Origin: a virus
Taxonomy: Duplodnaviria > Caudoviricetes
Virus record (IMG/VR): IMGVR_UViG_3300010011_000010
Coordinates: 1-34,631 of that record
Length of the DNA: 34,631 bases
Direction: 5' to 3' (one strand)
A model generated the notes under the pieces. It saw only the letters and a program-made list of their open reading frames with translations, ran no database searches and had not been told where the DNA came from. Shown piece by piece: positions 7,769-18,291 of the stretch. The translations under genes were made by a program, and so were the position numbers. How positions within the stretch are numbered: the first letter of the stretch is position 1; the number at the start of each line of letters is the position of its first letter.

Positions 7769-10478
7769 CTACCTCCCGTTACTCTTAATGTTTCGCCTGT
7801 CCTGGCTGCGGTAGACATAGGCGTCCACCTGCTCATTACCCACGTAGACGTAAATATCACCGCCGCCTGCCCCCCCGATGGAGGCCGCTATTTTGGCGGC
7901 CAGGGTGTCCATCCAGCCGGTGTTCCGCTCTAACGGCAGGACGGCTTCGGCCCCGGCCTCGCCGACGCCGATAACGCTGGGTGTGTCAAATATACCACCT
8001 TGGGCATACCAATTAATGTCAAAGTCGGGAATCGGAATACTGATGTCGCCGATCTTTTTCGTTTTGGTGGTTACGGTAATGTGCGGCAACTTTGGCTTGG
8101 GAATGGTTATCTTCATATTTGCAAAGGCGTTCTTGATGTTGTCGATGATGTTCAGCACAGTTCGCTTTGCTGATTCAATCGGGCTGGTGATAGAATCCCG
8201 GATATTCGCCCAAACGCTCTGTGTGGTGTTCCGGATGTTGTTCCAGGCGTTTGTAACGATGTTTCTTATATTTGTGAGGGCGTTACCCATATTGGCTTGT
8301 ATCCCACTCCAGGTCTGCCCCAGGGAAGTTTTGATACTATCCCAAGCAGTCCCGGTGCTGGCCTTAATGCTGGCCCAGACATCAGCAGTCCGTTTAGATA
8401 TTTCTGCCCAGGTCTTTGTTAGCGCGTCGCGAGTATTATTGGCTTTAGTACTGATGGTGTTTTTTATGTTCTCCCAGGCTGCTGGGGCGTCTTTCTTGAG
8501 ACTGTCCCAATTAGACTGTATGGTGTCCTTGATGCTCGCCCAGGTCTTTTTCGCTCCGGTACTGATCGTATTCCAGGACGTCTCAATTATAGTTTTAATA
8601 TTGTTCCAGACTACAGGGGCATTGGTTTTGAGTGCTTCCCAACTGGTCTGTACGTTGGTCTTTATGCCGTCCCATATCTGGCCGGACTTGTCTTTGAATT
8701 TGCTCCACTTTTCACCTACCCAATCAGTGAAGCCGCCCCACTTTTCTTTTATCCCGTCCCATAGGTTCCCGGCCCAACCCTTGAAGCCGCCCCATTTATC
8801 CTTTATTCCCTGCCATAGCTGCCCTGCCCAGCTATTAGCTACCCAATCCTTAAAAACTTGCCATTTAACCTTTACCCCGTCCCAAAGGTTCCCAGCTCCC
8901 TGCTTGATCCATTCCCAGAAACCTTTGAGCGTTGGCTTCATCTGCTCAATTTCGCTGAGCATATCGCCCATGTCTAAGCCAGGGATGCCGCCACCTATGT
9001 CGCCAAGGTCAAACTCGTCGAGTATATCCTCGCCAGCTCCACCGCCCTCAGCCATATCTTTCTGCAATTGATGAATTTCATCGAACCCGGCCAAGCTCTT
9101 TTTAGCCGCCTTACCCGCTTTTTCAATGGCATCTGCTTGGTCCTCGCTTGCATCTGCCGCCTTTCCTGTGCTCTTGGCGAGACCATCCTGGACCTTACGA
9201 AAATCGCCGAAGCCAAGGGAAACAGTTTTCTGCAAAGATTCGTTATACTTGTTCCACAACGCCATCCCGCCGCTAACGGCAGCTGAAATAGCCAGTATCG
9301 CCCAGCCTATAGGCCCTAGTGCGGTATGTACTGCATATAGGGCCACCCTCAACCTCAGTAAGGCTCCTGTAAAGAGATTAGTTGTCGCCGGTGCCAAAGC
9401 CATCTGTAGACGGTAGGTTCCGATCGCAGCACTGACTGCAGTTAGCACTGGTACTTTCGTCATTAACTCGCCTTTTAGGGCCAACGTAGCTAAGCGCCAA
9501 GCTGTTGTAGCAGCCGCGGCCCCTTTGGTGATGGCAACGTAGGTTAGCAATGTGGTGCCGACAAACTTAATGGCTTGCCAGTTCTCCACTATGGCACCAG
9601 TAATCAGCTTAAACCCTTTAACAACTGTCCTGACTACCCCAGCGATTGACTGCCCCCAACGTTGCAGGGTCTCTTTGTTGGCCTCCAATGTGTTTGCCAA
9701 GTCAGTAAGAATGGGCAAAATAGTATCGTACACAGGCAGAAATGCTTGCCCAAAATTTAGGCGGATATTCTTAAGCGTCGAAATGAACATTAATTGTTTT
9801 GTTTGCACGGTGTCTGCAAGAGTATTGCCGTACTTTTGGTTCGCCTGTTCAAGAATGGCAAGTAAGCGAATTTGTTGCTGCTCTTGGAACGCCAGTTGCT
9901 GCCAGCTGCGTCCGCGGGCGAACTGTCGGAAGGCCTTGGTGCTTTCTAGCATAGCCACATTAACATTGATGCCCAAATCTTCAATCGCTTCCGTGTTGCC
10001 CAGCAAGCCGGAACGGATGCGTTCCATTACATCTGTCATAGTACGACCCGTGCGGGAAGCCACCACAGCGGATGCCTGCAGTAATTCCATGGTGTATCTG
10101 GTAACTTCCTGGGTGTCTCGCGCGAAAGAACTTATTAAGTTGCCGTATATAGCGCCGTATTGATATGCTTCTTCACGGGCCATGCCGTAGGCTTTGGCCT
10201 GCGTCTGCGCCCAATTCTCAAAAAAAGCGGCACTAGCGCCCATTATGCGCTGAATCTGCAGCATGGAGCCTTGCACATCCATCGCTGCTCGGATGCTATC
10301 CTTAATGAGCTCGCCGATGGCAAGGCCGCCAAGTATCGCCCCAATTCCCTTCAGCGTCTTACCGATGTTTTTCTGCCATTCTGACAGCTTGCGCTGGGAC
10401 TTGTTCATTTCCTTATATAAAGCAGAAAAGTCCGCTCCCGATCGGTCAGCGAACCATGAGGTTCTTTACTACCGCCAT
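7769..10478 (-). CDS. tape measure protein; 5' end interrupted (TGA plus frame change at ~10439-10448)
   Basis: 879-aa ORF with periodic Trp/Phe repeats and C-terminal WYAQGG...GEAGAEAVLPL. The RBS-supported ATG 10478 gives MAVVKNLMVR*, and GADFSALYKEMNK continues in the +1 frame. Confidence 0.85.
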
Positions 10479-10520
10479 GGTTCGGACCACCCCCTTTAAA
10501 ACAGAGTAAGAGATTTCTTA

Positions 10521-10853
10521 CTACTGCCTTTTTACTATCTCCCCGCCCAAGAGGGCGTTCAATGCCTTTGCCTTTTCCAGCATTTCCTCGTCGGTCATCC
10601 TACGCTTGGGCTTGTTCTCGCCCAGATACTTCTTTATGTCAACCTTTTTTGCCCACACCCACCGGCTGATCAGGTACGCCTGGTACATACTTTCTTTTTG
10701 CCGCTGTTCCTGGCGCTTAGCATAGCCTTTCACAACCGTACTGAGTTCAAATGGCGTAATATCCCAAAACTCGGTTATAGGCACACCAATAGAGGCGGCA
10801 AGCTCCATAGCACTAATGATGCTAAAGGGCTCGCCACCTTCTACTCGTTTTTT
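10521..10853 (-). CDS. tail assembly chaperone, -1 frameshift extension (gpT-like)
   Basis: The -1 frame from the slippery site is open: KRVEGGEPFSIISAMELAASIG...EFWDITPFEL. Confidence 0.8.
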   Translation of the reverse strand, partial: KKRVEGGEPFSIISAMELAASIGVPITEFWDITPFELSTVVKGYAKRQEQRQKESMYQAYLISRWVWAKKVDIKKYLGENKPKRRMTDEEMLEKAKALNALLGGEIVKRQ

Positions 10854-11155
10854 GCTTCTTCCTCTGGTGCATCGGCACCGAAGGCCGCAGCAAATGCCTC
10901 GCCCATCGCCTGCATCACAGCAGGGATGTTCGAATACTCGTCCACCAGATCCATTACCTTGTCCGGTGTCAGGTCTTTGTCCTCATGTTGCAAGCCCGCC
11001 CAGATCATTACAGCTGCGTCCTCCATAGTGAGATTGTCCATGTCAATCTGTGAGATCGGTTTCTTCAGTTTCTTCTCGATGAGATGCAGCGCCTTCATAC
11101 CATAGCGGAAATTACGCATTTTATCTAGCTCAATAGGGTAATAACCCATAATCAT
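10841..11155 (-). CDS. tail assembly chaperone (gpG-like)
   Basis: Lies between the tail tube and TMP genes. Ends GCA AAA AAC GAG TAG. Confidence 0.85.
   Translation of the reverse strand: MIMGYYPIELDKMRNFRYGMKALHLIEKKLKKPISQIDMDNLTMEDAAVMIWAGLQHEDKDLTPDKVMDLVDEYSNIPAVMQAMGEAFAAAFGADAPEEEAKNE
10847..10853 (-). other. programmed -1 ribosomal frameshift slippery site A AAA AAC
   Basis: X XXY YYZ heptamer at the chaperone C-terminus that joins the two frames. Confidence 0.8.
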
Positions 11156-11172
11156 CCCCCTCTTTATGAAAG

Positions 11173-11196
11173 AAAAGGCAGGATTGCTCCTGCCTT
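11173..11196 (-). terminator. terminator after the major tail gene
   Basis: AAGGCAGGA-gcaa-TCCTGCCTT followed by TTCTTT on the minus strand. Confidence 0.7.
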
Positions 11197-11198
11197 AC

Positions 11199-11606
11199 TT
11201 ATGAACCTGTTGCCGCTGTAAATGTAGGTTTCCCTGACACTTTGATTGTGCAGGAAAATCCTAATGGGTCTTCAAGATCCGCACTGGTACCAAAACCGGT
11301 CACAACGCCGGAAAAGCTCCAGCTAGACCCCTCTGGAAAGACAATCTCAAAAGCTCCCTCGTCACCGCTTTCAAATAGATCATACAGCTCCTTCTGTCCT
11401 TTGCCGGCAACAGAGTTAAGGTAACCCTCTAACGACACCTCGCCGGCATCCTTGAAACCGGCGATAAACTCCCTGTAACCACCGTCACTGTCTAAAGTAG
11501 TTACATCTATAGTGTCTGCAGATAGTTCTAAGCCTCCTATACTAGTCAGCCCCGCAACAGCAGTCCCGTCTACTGTTAACGTAGTCCCTAATGCTCTTTC
11601 TGCCAT
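11199..11606 (-). CDS. major tail tube protein
   Basis: ADTIDVTTLDS.GGYREFIAGFKDAGEVSLEG...KVSGKP. Confidence 0.9.
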   Translation of the reverse strand: MAERALGTTLTVDGTAVAGLTSIGGLELSADTIDVTTLDSDGGYREFIAGFKDAGEVSLEGYLNSVAGKGQKELYDLFESGDEGAFEIVFPEGSSWSFSGVVTGFGTSADLEDPLGFSCTIKVSGKPTFTAATGS

Positions 11607-11609
11607 CGA

Positions 11610-12002
11610 TTATTCCTCCTTAAAGTAAGTTTTGAAACTGATCACCTTGCGGTATAAATCCACCTGAGCCTCGTAAAGCTCAACACCTTCACCCTCAAAA
11701 ACAATCTCGTCAATAAGAGGTCCGGTGCTTGCTAATTGCCGCCCCTCAAATCCCATCACTAACACCATAACCTGAGCGGCCAGACTCCTGACATCTGCCG
11801 CCCGGGCATGGATTACGTTAAGCTCAACTGTCACACCTTTACTCTTATGCCATCCCTCTAGGCTCTTGTCGTAGTCTCCCAGCGTAGTTGTGTAAATAAG
11901 ATAAGGTGCTTCCGTACCCTCTGGAGCGCGCATCGGAAACACCTTATTGTTTAAGCTGGTTATGGTCATCAACTCGGCTCGCAATGCCGCCTCAAAGGTC
12001 AT
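11610..12002 (-). CDS. tail completion / terminator protein (DUF3168-like)
   Basis: Position and VFP..APEG...PYLIY motif. Confidence 0.75.
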   Translation of the reverse strand: MTFEAALRAELMTITSLNNKVFPMRAPEGTEAPYLIYTTTLGDYDKSLEGWHKSKGVTVELNVIHARAADVRSLAAQVMVLVMGFEGRQLASTGPLIDEIVFEGEGVELYEAQVDLYRKVISFKTYFKEE

Positions 12003-12006
12003 AGAA

Positions 12007-12453
12007 TCACCTCAGCTTGTCAATCTGTTTTGCCAGCTCGTCAACAACTGTTCGCTCAATCGCCGCTTTATTGTCCACCAGTGCATCACGCAAATAATGG
12101 AACCCAGGGCTGTAGCCACCGTCGCGCGTGATAAAACCATACTCCATTGATGCCGGGTAATAGTACCGCTTGCCGTCTTTGGTCATCTTCACAAAGATGT
12201 CGTTTTTCTTCGGATCAATCGTAACCTGATACACTTTCTTGCCCCGCTTGCGTGTCTTTTCGGCCTTCAGAATTATGCCGTTTGCAAGTTCCCCAGTCTC
12301 CCAGGGCGCATTAGCCCGGGCCGCCTTAAGTGCAATTCTGGCACCCTTTCTTGCCGCTGGAGTCACACACTTCTGCGGGAGCTTGCCCAACTCACGAATA
12401 GTACGCTCCAGCTCCTTCATGCCTTCAATTTTGAAGTCAACCCGAGCCATCAT
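12007..12453 (-). CDS. HK97 gp10-family neck protein
   Basis: IEGMKEL...AP.ETGEL...YYPASMEYG...YLRDAL. Confidence 0.85.
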   Translation of the reverse strand: MMARVDFKIEGMKELERTIRELGKLPQKCVTPAARKGARIALKAARANAPWETGELANGIILKAEKTRKRGKKVYQVTIDPKKNDIFVKMTKDGKRYYYPASMEYGFITRDGGYSPGFHYLRDALVDNKAAIERTVVDELAKQIDKLR

Positions 12454-12773
12454 TTCACCTTCTTGCAGTACATGAGTAACTCCCGGTTGAGATTCTTAAC
12501 GTTGATGGCTGACAGGATTTCATAGGTTCCTTCTTCATCCTGTACTCGCATTTCATTCTTAACGCCTGGTACATAGTAGGTCCGGAACTTAACTTCAACC
12601 TTACTTTGGGCCTGCTCTGCTGCAAAAAACTCATTGCCCAACAGCGGCTCCTTGCTTGCCCAAAGGTTGGTTAGCCCTTCAACCGGCTTCCAATCGTTCA
12701 TTGGCTCGCCTTCGGAGTCATAACCGGATTGTAAAGCGAGAATGGTTATTTTAGTCCGCATATCAGCTCTCAT
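12450..12773 (-). CDS. head closure / head-tail adaptor (SPP1 gp16-like)
   Basis: KITI...WAS.EPL.G.EFFAA...FR.Y...MRV...YEI pattern. Confidence 0.8.
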   Translation of the reverse strand: MRADMRTKITILALQSGYDSEGEPMNDWKPVEGLTNLWASKEPLLGNEFFAAEQAQSKVEVKFRTYYVPGVKNEMRVQDEEGTYEILSAINVKNLNRELLMYCKKVK

Positions 12774-13054
12774 GGCGTCACCGCCTCAGTATATTCCCGC
12801 GATAAGGCAAGATGAACTTTTAGAGCATTGTAACTCTTCATGAATAGCTCCGCTTGTGCCGGTTCTTCGTAGCCGAAATGGGCTTTGCAGTATATGGTTA
12901 TTGCTCGCAATATTAGCGGGTCATCTTCGTTTTTAGTGATACCGGAAAGTCTGAGGTCTGCTTTGGCGGCATCAATAAGGTCTTGAATTTCTTCATCAAG
13001 GGCCTCACCGCTTACCCTTAGCGCATCTTTAATTTTTTGCAGCATCATTATCAC
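12770..13054 (-). CDS. head-tail connector (gp6-like)
   Basis: IK.ALR....D.EIQDLIDAAKADL..SG...AI..YCKA.FG. Confidence 0.85.
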   Translation of the reverse strand: MIMMLQKIKDALRVSGEALDEEIQDLIDAAKADLRLSGITKNEDDPLILRAITIYCKAHFGYEEPAQAELFMKSYNALKVHLALSREYTEAVTP

Positions 13055-13241
13055 CGCTTTTCTTTTTGGCCCTTTTCTCTTCCGGCTCTTTTTTGGCGGT
13101 TTCTATTACCTGAACATAGGACTTATAACCTTTGATATATTTTTCCGGTACTTCGATTATCTCACCTGGCATAATATAACCCTTCCTCAAAGGACACCAA
13201 GCCTTTTTATGAACTCTGCATTTCACAGTATCACCTCCCAA
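13029..13241 (-). CDS. small basic hypothetical protein after the capsid gene
   Basis: Typical small ORF between MCP and connector. Likely start is the GTG at 13226 after GGAGGTG. Confidence 0.6.
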   Translation of the reverse strand: MGGDTVKCRVHKKAWCPLRKGYIMPGEIIEVPEKYIKGYKSYVQVIETAKKEPEEKRAKKKSGDNDAAKN

Positions 13242-13268
13242 AAGGGAGAGAGGGCCTTGGCCCTCTCT

Positions 13269-14405
13269 TTATACGTCAATCTTGGTGATAGCAGTCGGCT
13301 GAGCGACGTCGCAGTCAAAGATAGCCGTACCGCGGAAGTCAATAGCGTTGTTCAGGAAGCCGGATTCTGCGCTGCTCTCTACCCTGATGTCCTGGGACAG
13401 GTTGCCGACAACTTTGGTGTAGTCGCCGAAGAATACAACGCCCGGTGCAACGTTGTCGTCAATGAGCACAGGGTATCCCATAATCCTCCATGCGCCACCG
13501 TCCGCCAAGCTCTGGATAGCAATTAGATTGCCATTACCATCCACAATCTGCATTATCTGTTGATAGAAAGTAGCTTTGTTCATCAGGAACTTAGCCCCCG
13601 CGTCAAATGCAGAAGGCAACAAGGCTATACAGTTGCAGATATCGTCATAGCTGATATTTTCTGCGTACTGCACATAGTTCACACCTGCGTTCCAAACCTG
13701 AGCATTGGCGATGTTGCCGGTCACGTTGCCGCCGTTAATAATTTCGTTATCAATGGCAATGGCCAGGTCTTCGCCCAGCACCTTCGTGATCCAGCTCTCA
13801 AATGCATCAATGGCCATAGCCCTGATGGTCGCAGAGATGCGGATTACTTTTATGAACTCAAAACCACTCAACGTGACAGTTACCAAGGTGTCTTGAGCCG
13901 GTGTTACAGGGGCATTTTCCTCGTGGAAAGCAGCCGGATTACGTACACCCTGAACTGCAAACCTGAGGTTACCCGCCACCCGTAGTAACTGAATCTCGTT
14001 TAACATAGGGGCGATCTTCGTCATTTGATCGAAGATCATGTTGGCGGTTTGAGTGGGCACTGCAGCGGCAGCTGTAGGCGGCACCAGGGTGAAAGCCCTC
14101 TTCTCCGCTTCAGTTAAAGGTTGGCCAAGTAGGTTCTTCAAGAAAGCGCTCCGGTATTCGGGCGAATCTACACCCATGGGTTCCCCCTTCCTATCTTCCT
14201 TCGGAATGAAATCTGGAATTGGATTGCCTGCACCGTCGGTGATGTCTTTTATGATTTTATTACGCTTCTCTATTGTGTCGAGAAGCTCTTTTCTTTCGGC
14301 AATCAAATTCTTTGTCTCTTCTTCCAGGGCATCAATGTCAGCCCCATCCTTCTCCAGTTCAACCTTTATCTGCGCCAGTCTGGCTTCAATCTCTTGTAAT
14401 CTCAT
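13269..14405 (-). CDS. major capsid protein, HK97 fold with N-terminal delta (scaffold) domain
   Basis: Coiled-coil N-terminus, EYRSAF, GYPV, FFGD motifs. A hairpin terminator follows at ~13246-13269. Confidence 0.92.
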   Translation of the reverse strand: MRLQEIEARLAQIKVELEKDGADIDALEEETKNLIAERKELLDTIEKRNKIIKDITDGAGNPIPDFIPKEDRKGEPMGVDSPEYRSAFLKNLLGQPLTEAEKRAFTLVPPTAAAAVPTQTANMIFDQMTKIAPMLNEIQLLRVAGNLRFAVQGVRNPAAFHEENAPVTPAQDTLVTVTLSGFEFIKVIRISATIRAMAIDAFESWITKVLGEDLAIAIDNEIINGGNVTGNIANAQVWNAGVNYVQYAENISYDDICNCIALLPSAFDAGAKFLMNKATFYQQIMQIVDGNGNLIAIQSLADGGAWRIMGYPVLIDDNVAPGVVFFGDYTKVVGNLSQDIRVESSAESGFLNNAIDFRGTAIFDCDVAQPTAITKIDV

Positions 14406-15015
14406 AAGCTCCTACCTCCATATCAATTTTTAGTTTGAGTATCCTTTTTTTCCGCTCTAACGCCTCCCGTCTCTCACGTTCAATCTCTCCGTCAACGTAA
14501 GAACGAGCGGATATTTCTGTGTCGCCGTTTGCCGGTATGGAAACAGCGGATACGTCATACACCTTCTTAATCTTTGTGATGGTTCTGGTTCGTGTCTCGC
14601 GGTTGTACTTGTCCTCCGCAACTGTGAACGCCCAGGACATTTTTGTGATAAGCCCGTTTTTGATTTCTTCATAGAGTTCTTTTGCTGCTTGTGATTTTGA
14701 AAGATCGGCATAAATAAAGAGCCCTTCGTCATTAGGCTCTAAGCCTAACGTTCCATTTGATAGCCTTGCCAGCACCTTCCCTTGATGGTCATACTGCATT
14801 ATCACGTCGGATAAATCCGCTTCATCAAGTGCATGACGGTCAATTTCCTCGTAATACTTCACGCCGTCCAACTCATATAACAAATATGGTTTATTGAAAG
14901 TAGTGGCAAATCCTTCTACATAATAATCGCTGTCAATTCTCTTCTCCGATGTCGGTATTTGCAGCGGCAGTATCACTGCCCTGTATTCCCTCTCCTTTAG
15001 TTTTAGTGGCATCAT
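14386..15015 (-). CDS. HK97-type prohead protease
   Basis: VEGFATTFN...YDH...MSWAF...YDVSAVSIPAN. Confidence 0.9.
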   Translation of the reverse strand: MMPLKLKEREYRAVILPLQIPTSEKRIDSDYYVEGFATTFNKPYLLYELDGVKYYEEIDRHALDEADLSDVIMQYDHQGKVLARLSNGTLGLEPNDEGLFIYADLSKSQAAKELYEEIKNGLITKMSWAFTVAEDKYNRETRTRTITKIKKVYDVSAVSIPANGDTEISARSYVDGEIERERREALERKKRILKLKIDMEVGAYEITRD

Positions 15016-16180
15016 CTTCACCTCCTGTAATGCCTTGTGCCTCTGCTAGATTACTAACCTCTGCGTATTCCTTACGAATGTAATACTTGTCGCCGCCATC
15101 AACAGGGGCCATATTGAATATTTCCCTGCCCTGATTGTGGGTTATAAAGCCACGGTCAAATAGCTGCGTGACTATATCCAGTTTGCTTTTATTGCTGGCA
15201 TATTGCAGTCGGTTTGCTGTGAAAATAATCTGATTGCCGAAAGCGATTTCCCGCTCCGTAAAGGTCATGTTCGACATAACAAGGCTGAGTTGAATCGCAA
15301 AAGGTTCAATCTTGCCTTCGTAGAAAGCGTTCCACTCGTCCTCATCAAAATTATTCTGGAGAATTTTTTCATTCACGCCAAAATAGTTGAACACGTTTGC
15401 CTTTATAAACTCCATCTGGGCCGAATCTACAATGAACGGCCGGCTGTGTATCTGTTTCACGTCTGCATATTTGTTGTCGAACATCAAGACACCGGAATTA
15501 TTTTCTGCCGACAGGTTTTCTTCTGTGAACCTCTTGCGTTCTGCCGCTATATCTGCTGGCTTAAAAATATTGGCTAGTCTGGCCATGAAGCGGATATTAG
15601 CGGATTGCTTCACGCCCTCAATGATACCCTGATTCTGCGTATGAATTAGTTGCATTGTGGGGTATAGTGCTCTATTGTCCTCGCCAAAGAAGTCGTGCTT
15701 GTACTGAAACTGTGTCATTATACCTACTCGGCCAAACTCTATTGCCGCTTTTTGTCCGGTTGAAAAAGTATATCTCAACCAGGGTCCGCCTTGATACTCT
15801 ACCACCTCACACATACTTGGCAGGATAGGGTAATAGCCCGTGATATAGTCACCGGTATCATCCATAATCGGTACGATGAAGGCGGTATTTTGCACACACA
15901 GAATGGTTGCCAGTCTATAGAGGAATTTCGTCGTGTCCATAAATGAATTTGGTTTAAACTGCAACCGTCTGCCAAGCTCTTTATATGCGTTGCCCCGAAC
16001 CTCCGGCTTGAGCTTGCTGCACTGGGTTGCGATTGCATGTATTGCAGCCCGCGTAAGTTCCATCTCATACACGCCGCCATCATAGGTGGTAAATATCGGC
16101 GTATATCCCGAAAGCATCTTGAAGTATCCTCGGATCTCTTGCATCGAAGGTCGCTTGAAAATCTTCTCAAAAAGACCCAT
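14933..16180 (-). CDS. portal protein (HK97 family)
   Basis: MGLFEKIF start with AGGTGAG RBS. KPN.FM...F and T.N..REI motifs. Lies between TerL and the protease. Confidence 0.9.
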   Translation of the reverse strand: MGLFEKIFKRPSMQEIRGYFKMLSGYTPIFTTYDGGVYEMELTRAAIHAIATQCSKLKPEVRGNAYKELGRRLQFKPNSFMDTTKFLYRLATILCVQNTAFIVPIMDDTGDYITGYYPILPSMCEVVEYQGGPWLRYTFSTGQKAAIEFGRVGIMTQFQYKHDFFGEDNRALYPTMQLIHTQNQGIIEGVKQSANIRFMARLANIFKPADIAAERKRFTEENLSAENNSGVLMFDNKYADVKQIHSRPFIVDSAQMEFIKANVFNYFGVNEKILQNNFDEDEWNAFYEGKIEPFAIQLSLVMSNMTFTEREIAFGNQIIFTANRLQYASNKSKLDIVTQLFDRGFITHNQGREIFNMAPVDGGDKYYIRKEYAEVSNLAEAQGITGGEDDATKTKGEGIQGSDTAAANTDIGEEN

Positions 16181-16199
16181 CTTTTCTTTCTCACCTGCC

Positions 16200-17852
16200 T
16201 TATATGATGTTGAGGTAGTCCTGCAGATTGTTGAATAGCACCGTATACGCAATTAAAAGAGAAACAGCGCCGTCTATGCGCTGCCTGCTGCTTTGTCCTT
16301 TAACAGGTCTTATATTGTCATTTTCATCTCTTTTTACTGATGTATTAGTTAAGCACCATTTTAGCACGGGATTATTGCCGTAGTTTATTTTTTTAGCCGC
16401 CAAGTCAGCTGCTAATTCCTTCATCGGCTGGCTCAGTGTCTTATAACCTTGCCTAACCTCTATCATGTTGAGGTTCAGGTCTTTCATTTCCTGCACCCAG
16501 TATTGCGAGTTCCAGGGATCGTAACCTATCCACAGCGGTATAATGCCGTACTGTTCGTACATACTCTTAAACCACACCGTTACGTCATGGTAATTTACTT
16601 TGTTCCCTTGACAAAGAGTAATCAGGCCTCTTTTTTCCCATTTATCGTAAGGGATTTTGTCCTCTTTGACCCGTTGCTCTAATAATTCTGCCGGCAAGAA
16701 ATATTGCTGTATACAATATTTCATATCGCTCCCAGGCTTCATGATTAGAAGTGTTGCGCAACTCAAGTCAGTAGTGCTAGAGAGGTCAACCCCACCTACT
16801 GCATAGCAGTCCCTTAATTCTTCTATATCAAAGGTTTCCTCGTTGTTTATCTGGTCGAACGTCAACCAACTTCCAGCAACTGTATCGCGGACGTTAAAAT
16901 CCTTTGTTAGTACCGTTGACAGGAAATTCGGATCGTTTTTGGCCCGCTCAACATTCGCGGCTAGCTCTGCAAAGTCTTTTATAACACCAAGGCCCGGGTT
17001 AGCCTTTTCCCACATGCGGAAGTCAGTCCACTCACTGCGGTCGTCAAGCTCGTATATAAACGCCAAAAAGCGGTCATCTTCAATAATGCCATCAAGAACT
17101 TTGCAAGCGTAATCGTATATATCATCAAAGATACACTCCCTGACAAAGCCAGCAGTAGTAATCATATCTAAAATGGGCTGCTCTCTGGCAGTCATGGATT
17201 GTTTCATAACATCGTAAAGGTTACGGTCTTTAATGGCATGTAGCTCGTCCATGATACAGTAATGCGTATTTAAGCCATCTAAGCTATTGCTGTCGCTGGC
17301 CAATGGCTCAAATTTTGAAAAAGTCACTGGGAAATAAAGGTCCGTCTTTCTTTTTCGCACATGCTTTGACAGTGTCGGCGATTGGGCAACCATATTATGC
17401 GCCTCGGTCCAGACAATCCTTGCCTGGTCTTTTTTTGTGGCGACGGAATAAACCTCCGCACCACCTTCGTCGTCCCCGATAAACATATAATTGCCAGTGG
17501 CCGCTTTCTCAGTTGATTTCCCATTCTTACGGCCAACCAACGTAAAAACTTCGCGGCATCTCCGGAGCCCGGTTTCTTTATGAACAAAACCATAAACGGC
17601 TTGAATTTTAGCCTTCTGAAAAAGTTCCAACCTCATAGGCTGGCCTATCCACTTGCCTTTGCTATGTCGGCAAAATGTTTCGATGAACTCAATCGGCCTT
17701 GTCGCTTTTTCAATATCAAAAACCCACGGGTCTCGTGGGTTGTTGAGTTCGTCAACAAGTTTTTGATATTGTTGTTTAAGCCGCCGACAAGCTACAATCT
17801 CCCCTGACTGGATTTTGTCCCAGTATTCAAGGATATAGTTTCTTTGACTCAT
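16200..17852 (-). CDS. terL: terminase large subunit
   Basis: GRKNGKS Walker A, MDELH Walker B, GVDLSSTTD and RIDGAVS nuclease motifs. Confidence 0.95.
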   Translation of the reverse strand: MSQRNYILEYWDKIQSGEIVACRRLKQQYQKLVDELNNPRDPWVFDIEKATRPIEFIETFCRHSKGKWIGQPMRLELFQKAKIQAVYGFVHKETGLRRCREVFTLVGRKNGKSTEKAATGNYMFIGDDEGGAEVYSVATKKDQARIVWTEAHNMVAQSPTLSKHVRKRKTDLYFPVTFSKFEPLASDSNSLDGLNTHYCIMDELHAIKDRNLYDVMKQSMTAREQPILDMITTAGFVRECIFDDIYDYACKVLDGIIEDDRFLAFIYELDDRSEWTDFRMWEKANPGLGVIKDFAELAANVERAKNDPNFLSTVLTKDFNVRDTVAGSWLTFDQINNEETFDIEELRDCYAVGGVDLSSTTDLSCATLLIMKPGSDMKYCIQQYFLPAELLEQRVKEDKIPYDKWEKRGLITLCQGNKVNYHDVTVWFKSMYEQYGIIPLWIGYDPWNSQYWVQEMKDLNLNMIEVRQGYKTLSQPMKELAADLAAKKINYGNNPVLKWCLTNTSVKRDENDNIRPVKGQSSRQRIDGAVSLLIAYTVLFNNLQDYLNII

Positions 17853-18205
17853 TTTCTCGCCTTCTTCACAAAGGCCATGAGTTCATCTTCAGTTGATTTA
17901 TTTTTATCATCTGGTAATAGGTCCATCAACTGTTTGCAGACGGTTGAATAGTTTTTAATCATGCTGTTATAAGTCTTTGCAGCTGGGTGTTCGCGAAGCA
18001 TTTTCTGAGCTCCTTGCTCAAACAGCTCAACAGCACCATCAGTATTAAGTATTTCCTGTAGCTCAGCTAGAGTTGAAACCATGAATGCAGCCTGTTGTAT
18101 AAGACTCTCAGCCAATTTCTTTTTATCTTCTGGTAACTCTTTGAATATCCTTTTAAGTTTGTTCAACTCTTTTTTTCTGATTTTATCTTTCTCAATTTTC
18201 TCCAT
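17849..18205 (-). CDS. terS: terminase small subunit
   Basis: Overlaps the terL start. EHPAAKTY...KNY...KQL pattern. Confidence 0.8.
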   Translation of the reverse strand: MEKIEKDKIRKKELNKLKRIFKELPEDKKKLAESLIQQAAFMVSTLAELQEILNTDGAVELFEQGAQKMLREHPAAKTYNSMIKNYSTVCKQLMDLLPDDKNKSTEDELMAFVKKARK

Positions 18206-18291
18206 GATTTCACCTCTTTTCTAACCCCCCCTCGTACGTGAAATCGTTCCGAGGTTTTCGGAGGTAGGGCACTCGGTATCGCTACAGCGAT

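Noticed and set aside
8200-8930. Periodic Trp repeats in the tape measure gene
   Set aside because: This is an ordinary TMP repeat feature.
7878-10163. Long antisense ORFs (397 aa, 203 aa) opposite the tape measure gene, and similar shadow ORFs elsewhere
   Set aside because: They mirror real genes on the opposite strand and have no RBS or recognisable motifs.
10841-10860. -1 frameshift in the tail chaperone as a novelty
   Set aside because: Real, but a well-known conserved feature of long-tailed phages. Listed as a feature only.
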